Assembly: GCA_046732715.1 (NCBI GenBank)
Contig: JBKPNQ010000046.1
Coordinates: 25,465 to 89,464 of the forward strand
Length of the DNA stretch: 64,000 nucleotides
Reading direction: 5' to 3'
Source of the DNA: Acidobacteriota bacterium
Lineage (GTDB): Bacteria; Acidobacteriota; Vicinamibacteria; Vicinamibacterales; 2-12-FULL-66-21
Shown: positions 18,551 through 26,592 of the stretch, piece by piece
Numbering within the stretch: position 1 is the first letter of the stretch
Layout: each line of letters starts with the position of its first letter
Position numbers and translations under genes: made by a program
The notes under the pieces: model-generated
Database searches by the model: none
What the model saw: only the letters and a program-made list of their open reading frames with translations
What the model was told of the DNA's origin: nothing

Positions 18551-19350
18551 TGCTCGCCGCCGCGGTGGCAGCGCTGCTGATGAACGCGCCGTCAGCATCG
18601 GCGCAGATCTCCGTGGAAGTGTCGCCGCTTCGCATCGAGCTGACCGCCGGTCCAGGCAGCACCACGACCCAGGCGATCAGCGTCACGAACGCCGGCAAGG
18701 ATCCGATCCGCGTTCGGGCGGTCGCCACCGACTGGGATCTGGCGAAGGACGGCGCGCCGCAGTTCGAAGGCGTCGCCGAGGGCGGGGCGTACTCGGCGAC
18801 GTCGTGGATTCGCGTGGCGCCGCCGGAACAGGTGATCGAACCGACGAAGGACATGACGGTGCGCTTCAGCCTCGCGGTCCCCACCGGCATTCAAAGCGGC
18901 GGCTATCGCACGGGCGTCCTGTTCGAGTTCGGGCCGGTGACGAACAATCCGGCCGCCCGCGGTCGCGACGTGATGTTCAAGAGCCGGATTGCGACGTTGA
19001 TTTACGTCAGCATCGGCCAACCCCCGATGGCAGGCGAGATGACGGACCTGGGCGTCAGACACGTCGGAGCCCAAACGCAGGTTGTGGCGACGATCAGGAA
19101 CTCGAGCCGCCGCTACGTCCGCACCCGGGGCACCCTCGTCCTCTACGATCAGAGCGGCCGCAGTGTCCGCGAGGTACCGGTTCCGGATGTCCCGTTGCTT
19201 CCGGAAAGCGAGCGTGAGGTCGCGATTACGGTTGTCGATCCCGAAAAGCAGGCGACGCTGGCTCCGGGTGACTACAAAGTCGAAGTCCGGATCGACGTCG
19301 GCCTCCCCGCATTGCTCGTCGGTGAGACGTCGCTCAAGGTTCTCAGATAG
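18550..19350 (+). CDS. PapD-like periplasmic chaperone candidate (two Ig-like domains)
   Basis: About 266 aa from GTG 18550; an alternative ATG is at 18490. Signal ...MNAPSASA-Q. Then ISVEVSPLRIEL....QAISVTNAGKDPIRVRAV..W, which resembles the PapD_N pattern x-V-x-P-T-R-V followed by V-x-N-x-G..P. A second beta-rich domain runs 120-266. Confidence 0.5.
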   Translation: MLAAAVAALLMNAPSASAQISVEVSPLRIELTAGPGSTTTQAISVTNAGKDPIRVRAVATDWDLAKDGAPQFEGVAEGGAYSATSWIRVAPPEQVIEPTKDMTVRFSLAVPTGIQSGGYRTGVLFEFGPVTNNPAARGRDVMFKSRIATLIYVSIGQPPMAGEMTDLGVRHVGAQTQVVATIRNSSRRYVRTRGTLVLYDQSGRSVREVPVPDVPLLPESEREVAITVVDPEKQATLAPGDYKVEVRIDVGLPALLVGETSLKVLR

Positions 19351-19353
19351 TTC

Positions 19354-21999
19354 ATGCCGTCGATTGGCCGGTTCCCGCCGATCGCCGGGTGCGTCGCTCT
19401 CCTGGTGTTTCACGCTCACGCGACGCTGGCACAGCAGGGTGCCGTACAGGTCACCTCTGCGGTCCAGACTCTCCATGGCAATCCGTCCCGATTCGCAGGT
19501 CAGAACGCGTTCGAACCGGATGTCGGCATCTCGTGGCTGCAGCCAGGATCACGGTTCGGTGTTTTTCAGATTGAAATTCGCGGCGCGCGTCGGGGTGATG
19601 CCTTCCACACCGGTCGCATGTACGGGGCCTTGCGCGACGCGAAATTCCTCGGCGCCCGCTGGGCGATCGAAGCTGGCGACGCTTACTTCTCGCCGGCGAT
19701 CGCCGGCTACGGGTTCTCGAATCTCTTTGCTCCGGCAGTCACGTTCAACGGCGCCACCGTCGGCGCGCGCACCGACCGCAGCACCCTGACGGTCGTCGCC
19801 GGAAAGACGACGGCGTGGCGCAACATTTTTGGCAACGATCCGAAGGCGCTCGGGCAATCACTCGGCATCGTCCATTCCACGCGGCGATTCGGTAGAAACC
19901 TGGAGGTCAACGCCCGAGGATCGCGGGTCCGCACGTCGTCACTCGACGAATTCAGCTACACCATCGATGACAGCGATCAGGCCAGCGGCGGAGCCAGGCT
20001 GCTGCTGACGCCGTCGGTGCAGCTGGTCGGCGATGCAGGCCTGGTGTCGTATCGTCGAACCGGCACGACGACACGCGAACGTGACGGCTCGTATATCGGC
20101 GGCATGAACTGGCTCTACTCACGGGGCTACGTGCAACTCAATGTCTCCCGGTTCTCCCCAGGAGACTTTCCCGCCCTCAACAATCCGCTCCAGGATCGCG
20201 AGCAGCTGTTTGCGGCAGGCGAGTACGATCTGATGCGCAGGGCGCGCGTCTCAGGTGGATGGGAGCGCTTTCGAACGAACCTGAAACCGGAGGATTCGCT
20301 GGCGTCGACACGACCGACGCCGGAGACCTCCGGCAATCGCGGCTTCGGCGCAGTTCGGGTGCAGCTGACCTCAAGGTCGACGGTCGGGTTCCGGGGCGAA
20401 GACGGGACGCGCGACTCGCATCCGGTCGGCTTCGGGCTGCCATCCGAAAGCGACACCGGCATGTGGGCGGCCGAGTGGCAGGCAGCCATCGGGCGCACGA
20501 ATGCGTTCGTCCGGTACTCAGGGCGAGAGAACGTCGAACGCCTGAACCAGAGCGGTTCCTACGATCAACGCGACGCATCGGCACAGCTCTTCGCCAATCT
20601 TCGCAGCGGGTCGCAAGCGTTCGGCACGGCGATGCTGACACGGACGACGTCGCTGAATGGCGGCAATACCTACTGGCAAGCGGGCGGCGGCACGCAGCTG
20701 CGAATTGGGGCGCGCGACCTCTGGCTCCGTGCCGAAGCAAACGCCGCGCGCAACATGGACCTTCTGACGCGCCTCGAGGTTCCGCGCGAGTCGTTCGCGT
20801 TCGGTGTGAACGGGCAAGTGTCGCGATGGACGACGATCCAGTTCAACGTCAACATGGATCGAGCGGTCACGCTGTCGGCGACCGGCAGTCCCTGGCTGAC
20901 GCGCTCGATCGTGCGCATCACTCACACGCTGCCGACAGGATCCGTATTCCTGCCTGGAAACCTGAACGGCGCGGCATCTGAAGTCAGTCGCGGAACCGGC
21001 ACGATCGGCGGGCTCATCTTCGCCGACTGGAATGCCAATGGCGTCCAGGATGGAGACGAGAACACGCTGGAGGGCATTCCCTTGCGGCTTGGCGCTGGGC
21101 ACACCGCGTCCGGGAGGGACGGACAGTTTGCGTTTGTCAACGTTCCCGCAGGCGTACGATCAGTGGGAGTGGACACGACTGCGCTTCCCGTCGATTTCGA
21201 TCCGCCGGCGATCGCCGAGGTTCAGATCGAGCTGTCGCGCGGGGATACAAAACGGGTGGCGTTCGGATTGTTGCCGCTTGGGACGATCCACGGCAAAGTG
21301 ATTCGCGACGCGAACGGCAATGGCAAGGCCGACCCCAACGAGGAACCGATCGACGGCGCGATCGTGGTGCTCGACGGCGGGCTCCGCTCCGAACAGGCTC
21401 GCAAGGGCCGCTATCAGTTCAACGCGGTGCGCAGCGGGCCGCATCTCGTCAAATTGCTGCTCGAATCATTGCCGGATGGCGCTGCCGTCACCGGGGACGC
21501 CGAGGTTCCCGCGACCCTTTCACGCGATGCGCTTGCGGCCGAGGTGACGTTCCTCGTCTCCATCGAAAAACGACCTGAGATTCGCAGAGTATTTCCGCCG
21601 CGCGGCGGAGGACAGGGCACAGCGGCCACCGTGAGGCCGCCTGCGGGTCGCGGCAGTCGGCCAGCCGCCCCGGCGACTGCGGTGCGAAACGCGCCAACGG
21701 CGGTAGTTCCATCGCCGGCATTGACGAACACCGGTGCAGCTCTCAACGCCGCAAGCACGACAGGCAGGTTCACAATCCAGATTGCTGCGCTCAACGATCC
21801 GGGCCGCGCGAAAGAGACGGTCGAAAAACTCAAGGCGACAGGCATGCCGGCGTATCTGGTGAATCCACCCGCACGCGATCCCGACGCGCCTTACCGCGTG
21901 CGTGTCGGTCTCTACGACTCACGTGAGGAAGCGCAGAAGGTCGCGGCGATACTCGAAGCGCAGCGCGGCGAGACGTTGTGGGTAACCAGAGAGAAGTAG
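19354..21999 (+). CDS. outer-membrane beta-barrel protein with two SdrD-B-like (Ca-binding Ig-like) domains and C-terminal SPOR domain; usher-like role proposed
   Basis: 881 aa. Signal ...FHAHATLA-QQ. About 530 aa show an alternating beta-strand pattern rich in G/R/Y/F-ended strands. Two SdrD-B-like segments follow: IFADWNANGVQDGDENTLEGIPLRL and VIRDANGNGKADPNEEPIDGAIVVLDG. After a Pro/Ala linker comes a SPOR-like end, FTIQIAALNDPGRAKETVEKLKATGMPAYL...YRVRVGLYDSREEAQKVAAIL. Confidence 0.6.
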   Translation: MPSIGRFPPIAGCVALLVFHAHATLAQQGAVQVTSAVQTLHGNPSRFAGQNAFEPDVGISWLQPGSRFGVFQIEIRGARRGDAFHTGRMYGALRDAKFLGARWAIEAGDAYFSPAIAGYGFSNLFAPAVTFNGATVGARTDRSTLTVVAGKTTAWRNIFGNDPKALGQSLGIVHSTRRFGRNLEVNARGSRVRTSSLDEFSYTIDDSDQASGGARLLLTPSVQLVGDAGLVSYRRTGTTTRERDGSYIGGMNWLYSRGYVQLNVSRFSPGDFPALNNPLQDREQLFAAGEYDLMRRARVSGGWERFRTNLKPEDSLASTRPTPETSGNRGFGAVRVQLTSRSTVGFRGEDGTRDSHPVGFGLPSESDTGMWAAEWQAAIGRTNAFVRYSGRENVERLNQSGSYDQRDASAQLFANLRSGSQAFGTAMLTRTTSLNGGNTYWQAGGGTQLRIGARDLWLRAEANAARNMDLLTRLEVPRESFAFGVNGQVSRWTTIQFNVNMDRAVTLSATGSPWLTRSIVRITHTLPTGSVFLPGNLNGAASEVSRGTGTIGGLIFADWNANGVQDGDENTLEGIPLRLGAGHTASGRDGQFAFVNVPAGVRSVGVDTTALPVDFDPPAIAEVQIELSRGDTKRVAFGLLPLGTIHGKVIRDANGNGKADPNEEPIDGAIVVLDGGLRSEQARKGRYQFNAVRSGPHLVKLLLESLPDGAAVTGDAEVPATLSRDALAAEVTFLVSIEKRPEIRRVFPPRGGGQGTAATVRPPAGRGSRPAAPATAVRNAPTAVVPSPALTNTGAALNAASTTGRFTIQIAALNDPGRAKETVEKLKATGMPAYLVNPPARDPDAPYRVRVGLYDSREEAQKVAAILEAQRGETLWVTREK

Positions 22000-22053
22000 C
22001 AGGCGCGAGAGCCTCAGCCGCCGACCACCCGTGAGGCGGCAGCGCCTGGGCGT

Positions 22054-22083
22054 GGGCCCGGGCGCAGTGAGAAAGTCGGGCCC
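22054..22083. terminator. GC-rich hairpin between convergent genes
   Basis: GGGCCCG (22054-60) / CGGGCCC (22077-83). A second hairpin, GCCGCC/GGCGGC, lies at 22017-22040. No clear U-tract. Confidence 0.35.
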
Positions 22084-22113
22084 CAGCGCAAAGTACGAAA
22101 TGCTGTCTGCCCT

Positions 22114-22614
22114 CTACGGCGCCGACAGCACGAACCGCACCGGAATACTGTACTTCCCAGGCGCATTCGTCCGCAGCGCGAACACCAGGGTGCCCTGACG
22201 AAGCCCGCTGCCCGTCCAGCGTCCCGCAACTGTGAAACCTGATGGTGCGACGGCACCCGAGAGCATGCCTTCGCCGACTCCGGAAAACGTCAGCGCCGAT
22301 TGCAGATCCGAGGGTCCATGAGGACCCGGCACTTCTTGAAGCGGCTCGATCGAAAGAACAACCTGCGCCGCGCCAGCCGTCCGTGCTCGAGCGGAGAAAT
22401 CCACCGTCGCCACAGCCGGGTCGCCCGACGAAACGACGTCGAACTGAAGCACGTCTGCGGAGACGTTCAGCGACGTGCGGCTGTTGAACGTTGCGGCGAC
22501 CACCAGCGTCGTCGAGGCGGTCTCGGCCGACGCGGTGGTGGCAACGCTCAACACGACTGCCGTGACGACCGTGGACGAGAACGACAGGAACCGCATGATG
22601 CTGGGGACTCTCAT
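22114..22614 (-). CDS. secreted fibre-subunit-like protein, paralog 4 (opposite strand)
   Basis: 166 aa. Signal ...SVATTASA-E. TSLNVS...VDFSARARTAG.., RWTGSGLRQGTLVFALR...GKYSIPVRFVLSAP aligns with the C-terminal halves of paralogs 1-3. Confidence 0.65.
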   Translation of the reverse strand: MRVPSIMRFLSFSSTVVTAVVLSVATTASAETASTTLVVAATFNSRTSLNVSADVLQFDVVSSGDPAVATVDFSARARTAGAAQVVLSIEPLQEVPGPHGPSDLQSALTFSGVGEGMLSGAVAPSGFTVAGRWTGSGLRQGTLVFALRTNAPGKYSIPVRFVLSAP

Positions 22615-22811
22615 CGTAAGTTCGTCCCCGCCAAACGGCTAGGCCTCCAGCGACGCCGGCGCTTGTGACTCTTGCGGACACGGAGCGCTTCTCTGCGGCA
22701 CGTTACGCACCTCTGGGTCAATACAGGATTGTCAGTGGGTCAGTGCGCCTGCGCCGGTGTGGTACAATTACGGATCTGCGCGTGCCTGAAGGGCACCGTG
22801 CTCCCTCCCGA

Positions 22812-25022
22812 ATGATCCAACTGTCTTCTCTAACCAAGAGCTTTGGCGATCGCGTGCTGCTCGACGCTGTGAGCTGGCAAATCGACGATCGGGAGCGGGT
22901 CGGGCTGGCCGGACCGAACGGTGCGGGAAAGACCACGCTGTTGAAGATCCTCGCCGGGCTGGACGAGGCAGATTCCGGCAACGTCGTGAAGCCCTCGGGG
23001 TTGGCCGTCGGATACCTGCCGCAGGATGGGCTCAACCACAGCGGTCGTACGCTCATGGAGGAAGCCGGACTGGCTTTCAAGCCGGTGCTGGACATGCGGG
23101 ATGAGATCCAGTCGCTCGAAGAGCGTCTGGCGGACGATTCCGTTCCGGAATCCGAGCATGCGGCGATGCTGACCCGCTACAGCGAACTGCAGGAAAACTT
23201 CCGGCGACTCGAGGGCTACAGCATCGATCTGAAGATCACGACGGTGCTGCGCGGCCTTGGTTTCTCCCCCGACGATTTCGACAAGCCGAGCGAAACGTTC
23301 TCGGGCGGCTGGCAGATGCGTATCGCGCTCGCCAAGCTGCTCCTCACCCGTCCGGGCCTGCTTCTGCTGGATGAACCAACCAATCACCTCGACCTCGAAG
23401 CCCGAAACTGGTTGGAAGAGTACCTCGCCGATTACCCGCACGCGGTGATCCTGGTGTCGCACGATCGCTTCTTCCTCGATGCGGTCGTCACGCGGATCAC
23501 CGAGATCGGTCTTCGAAAGCTCACCGACTACGCGAGCAATTACAGCGGATACCTGGTCGAGCGCGAGGCTCGCATGGAACGGCTGCGCCAGCAGAAGCGT
23601 GACCAGGACGACGAGATCGAGCGGATGCAGGCGTTCATCAACCGCTTCCGTTATCAAGCGACCAAGGCGGCGCAGGTTCAAAGCCGAATCAAGATGATGG
23701 AGAAGATCGTCCCCATCGAGATTCCGCCTGAACGGAAGCGCGTGCACTTCACGTTCCCTGCATGTGCCAAGAGCGGACGCACGGTTCTGGATCTTCGTGA
23801 CGTGCACAAGGCGTACGGAACCCACGTCGTGTTCGATCGCCTCAACGTGCACATCGAACGGGGCGATAGGATCGCGCTGATCGGCCCGAACGGCGTCGGC
23901 AAATCGACGCTGATGCGCATGCTGTCTGGAGTGGAAAGTCCTGACGGCGGCACCCGTACCGAAGGACATCAGGTCATCACGCAGTATTTCGCTCAGGACG
24001 AAGCGACCCGTCTCGAGCCGAGCTTGACGGTCTATCAGACGCTCGCGGGCGATGCACCCATCAACATGGTGCCGCAGATCCGCAACATCCTCGGCGGCTT
24101 CCTTTTCTCGGGCGACGACGTGGACAAGCCGGTGCGCGTGCTGTCGGGGGGTGAGCGGACGCGGCTCGCCGTCGCGCGGATGCTGCTGCGTCCTTCGAAC
24201 ACGCTGCTGCTCGACGAACCCACCAACCATCTCGATCTCGATTCGAAGGACGTACTGCTCGAGGCGCTGGAAGATTTTGGCGGCACGCTCATCTTCGTGT
24301 CCCACGATCGCTACTTCGTCGACAAGCTGGCGACGAAGGTGATCAGCATTGGCGGAGGCGACGCGCTCCTCTACCCGGGGAACTACGAGGAGTTCCTGTG
24401 GAGTCAGAGACAGCGAGAGAAGGGCGAAGGGGACCGGTCCTTCGACTCGCGGGAGATGAGCGCTCGCTCAGGGCCCTCCACTCGCCGACCGGGCCCTGCC
24501 CAGCGCCACGCCGCCGAAGGACGGGATCGCAAGGGACCTGCCCCGAGCGAGGCTCCCCCGGGGCCGAGTCGAGGGACGCCAGCGCCGCCGACGTCAGCGG
24601 ATCGCGCTCCAGTTGCGACCGCGACGGCTCCCAAACCGGCTGCGACGGCGGGGCCGCGTCTCGTGCGTCCTCCGTCTCATGTTTCAGCCGCCTCCAATCC
24701 AACAGAGGAGTCCGTCAAACAAACCGCGCCAGCCCCAGCCGCCTCGGCGGCCATCTCGTATGAGGAACGGAAACGCCAGGAATCCGAGGCTCGGAAGGTT
24801 CGGAAGGCCCAGGACGCGCGACGAAAGCGCATCGACGACCTTGAGAGCCGCATTGCCGAGCGGGAACAGGCGATTCGCGATATCGAGGCGACGATGGCGG
24901 CGCCGGGGTTCTATGACAACCATGAGGACGCCAAGCCGATCATCGACAAGCATCAGGCCCTCATGTGGGAGGTCGGCGATCTGATGCATCAGTGGGAGGA
25001 ACTCCAACAAACAGATTTGTAA
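22812..25022 (+). CDS. ABC-F family ATPase (two ABC domains, no TM) with long disordered insert and C-terminal coiled coil
   Basis: ORF trimmed to ATG 22812 (MIQLSSLTKSFGDRVLLDAVSW). Walker A GPNGAGKTTL and GPNGVGKST. Signatures FSGGWQMR and LSGGERTR. The C-terminus RKRIDDLESRIAEREQAIRDIE is coiled-coil-like. Confidence 0.9.
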   Translation: MIQLSSLTKSFGDRVLLDAVSWQIDDRERVGLAGPNGAGKTTLLKILAGLDEADSGNVVKPSGLAVGYLPQDGLNHSGRTLMEEAGLAFKPVLDMRDEIQSLEERLADDSVPESEHAAMLTRYSELQENFRRLEGYSIDLKITTVLRGLGFSPDDFDKPSETFSGGWQMRIALAKLLLTRPGLLLLDEPTNHLDLEARNWLEEYLADYPHAVILVSHDRFFLDAVVTRITEIGLRKLTDYASNYSGYLVEREARMERLRQQKRDQDDEIERMQAFINRFRYQATKAAQVQSRIKMMEKIVPIEIPPERKRVHFTFPACAKSGRTVLDLRDVHKAYGTHVVFDRLNVHIERGDRIALIGPNGVGKSTLMRMLSGVESPDGGTRTEGHQVITQYFAQDEATRLEPSLTVYQTLAGDAPINMVPQIRNILGGFLFSGDDVDKPVRVLSGGERTRLAVARMLLRPSNTLLLDEPTNHLDLDSKDVLLEALEDFGGTLIFVSHDRYFVDKLATKVISIGGGDALLYPGNYEEFLWSQRQREKGEGDRSFDSREMSARSGPSTRRPGPAQRHAAEGRDRKGPAPSEAPPGPSRGTPAPPTSADRAPVATATAPKPAATAGPRLVRPPSHVSAASNPTEESVKQTAPAPAASAAISYEERKRQESEARKVRKAQDARRKRIDDLESRIAEREQAIRDIEATMAAPGFYDNHEDAKPIIDKHQALMWEVGDLMHQWEELQQTDL

Positions 25023-25056
25023 TCGAGTGTTAGACTTGTAATCACCTCAGCCGCAC

Positions 25057-25080
25057 AGCCGAAACGGCTTTCTCCTTTTT
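25057..25080 (+). terminator. weak rho-independent terminator candidate
   Basis: AGCCG-AAA-CGGCT followed by TTCTCCTTTTT, 35 nt after the ABC-F stop. Confidence 0.35.
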
Positions 25081-25117
25081 CCTCAATAATTCAGGGCTGC
25101 TTTCTCCGTTTAGCTCG

Positions 25118-25133
25118 GGGCACATCCTTTGCC
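25118..25133 (+). promoter_or_regulatory. sigma-54-like element (ambiguous: also the core of a hairpin)
   Basis: gGGCACATCCTTTGCc gives GGCAC-N5-TTGC with correct spacing, upstream of the kinase/NtrC-like pair. The same bases also form the stem CTCGGGG (25114-20) / CCCCGAG (25133-39). Confidence 0.25.
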
Positions 25134-25218
25134 CCCGAGGCCATCTGAGGGTGGCCTCGACGATGGGGGGATTGTGCCCAATTCCCTCGCCGGTCTAGGA
25201 AACCTCCCCTAACTACAG

Positions 25219-26496
25219 ATGCAGAAGACATTTGCGGGCGACGATCGGGCGATTACAATACTGGCAGCCGAGTCAGGCCCGTACACGCCAGCGACAACCA
25301 CTATGCCGATTCGAAAACCTCGGGCCGCCGCTCGACGCGCGTCGCACGGCCGCGTGAGCTCGAGGGGAAAGTCCCGGACCGCGGCAGCAAAGTCGGACGG
25401 GGTCGCGGCAGGATTCTATCGGGACCTCGTCTGGAATCTCCGCAACGGCGTGCTGGCGGTCACCCGCGACGGGCGGATCGCGGTCATGAACGACGTCGCC
25501 TACCGGATTCTGGGGCTGACGCCGCGGACGACTGACATCGGGCTTCCCTACGGGCAAGTCCTCAAGGATCGTCCTGACGTCTCGCGCATCGTCGCTGGCG
25601 CCTTCGACCTGTCGCACCTGCCCAATCGTGCTGAGCTCAGACTGAAAAGTACCGGCAAGGTGATTGGCTACACACTGTCGCAGGTCCGGGACCAGAACGG
25701 CGAGATCACGGGAGCGACGCTGTTCTTCAAGGACCTGACCCGCGTCGAGCAGCTCGAAGAACGCGAGCGGCTCCGCGATCGTCTGGCGGCGCTCGGCGAG
25801 ATGGCGGCGGCGATTGCTCATGAGGTGAAGAACCCGCTGGCCGGCATCGAGGTCATGGCGGGGATTCTGAAGCGTCAACTGCCCGAGTCCGAAGACGCGC
25901 AGTCGATCCTGCGCGACATCATCAAAGAAGCGAAGATGGCGAACGCCATCGTGCTGGAAGTCCTGGACTTCGTGCGGCCGATTCGGCTCCAGGTCGAGCG
26001 GATCTCGTTGAACGACGTCGTGCGCGACGCGATCTCCATGGCCGAAAGCCACGTGCCGCGCGGCGACGTGCGCGTGGAAGTCGTCCTTCCGCAGGACCTT
26101 GCACCGATCCAGGGGGACCCGCACCAGCTTCGTCAGCTGTTCACGAACTTGTTCACCAACGCGTTTGAGGCGATGACCGGCAAGGGCCACGTCCGACTGG
26201 TCGCGCAGCAACTCAGCGCCGAGGAAGAGCCAACGACAGGCGTCGACAGCCACACGGTCCCGATGGTGCAGGTGGAAGTGGCCGACAACGGCCCCGGCGT
26301 GCCGGCCGACGTGATGGATCGCATCTTCAGCCCGTTTTTCACGACCAAGCCGCAAGGCTCCGGGCTTGGACTGGCAATCGTTCGCAAAATCGTCGACGCC
26401 CACGATGGGCGGATCGATGTGAGCGCGCCCGCCGAAGGGGGCGCTCGATTCAGGGTGACGCTGCCGATGAGCGGCAGTCACGAGTTGTTTCGATAA
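25219..26496 (+). CDS. PAS sensor histidine kinase (NtrB/AtoS-like, soluble)
   Basis: 425 aa; an alternative start is ATG 25303. PAS VLAVTRDGRIAVMNDVAYRILGL. H-box LGEMAAAIAHEVKNPLAGI. HATPase DNGPGVP, GSGLGLAIV. Confidence 0.9.
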   Translation: MQKTFAGDDRAITILAAESGPYTPATTTMPIRKPRAAARRASHGRVSSRGKSRTAAAKSDGVAAGFYRDLVWNLRNGVLAVTRDGRIAVMNDVAYRILGLTPRTTDIGLPYGQVLKDRPDVSRIVAGAFDLSHLPNRAELRLKSTGKVIGYTLSQVRDQNGEITGATLFFKDLTRVEQLEERERLRDRLAALGEMAAAIAHEVKNPLAGIEVMAGILKRQLPESEDAQSILRDIIKEAKMANAIVLEVLDFVRPIRLQVERISLNDVVRDAISMAESHVPRGDVRVEVVLPQDLAPIQGDPHQLRQLFTNLFTNAFEAMTGKGHVRLVAQQLSAEEEPTTGVDSHTVPMVQVEVADNGPGVPADVMDRIFSPFFTTKPQGSGLGLAIVRKIVDAHDGRIDVSAPAEGGARFRVTLPMSGSHELFR

Positions 26497-26592
26497 CTTC
26501 GCCGGTCCTGAGCGAGCGAATCGTTCAGGCGAGTCGAAGCGTGGCTTCCGCCCTTCAGGCGGAAGGGAGAGTAACGGAGCAGGAGCATCTGT

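Noticed and set aside
22830-24305. Long antisense ORFs: 22830..24305, 25273..26622, 46442..48256, 55897..57471, 7170..8210, 32037..33053, 42615..43916, 13273..14289, 48556..49794, 60677..61768
   Set aside because: Each lies fully opposite or out of frame to a gene with unmistakable family motifs (ABC-F, kinase, UvrA, S8, HslU, TopA and others). Their translations are Arg/Ala/Gly/Pro-biased with no motifs. Stop-codon-poor antisense frames are expected at this GC content.
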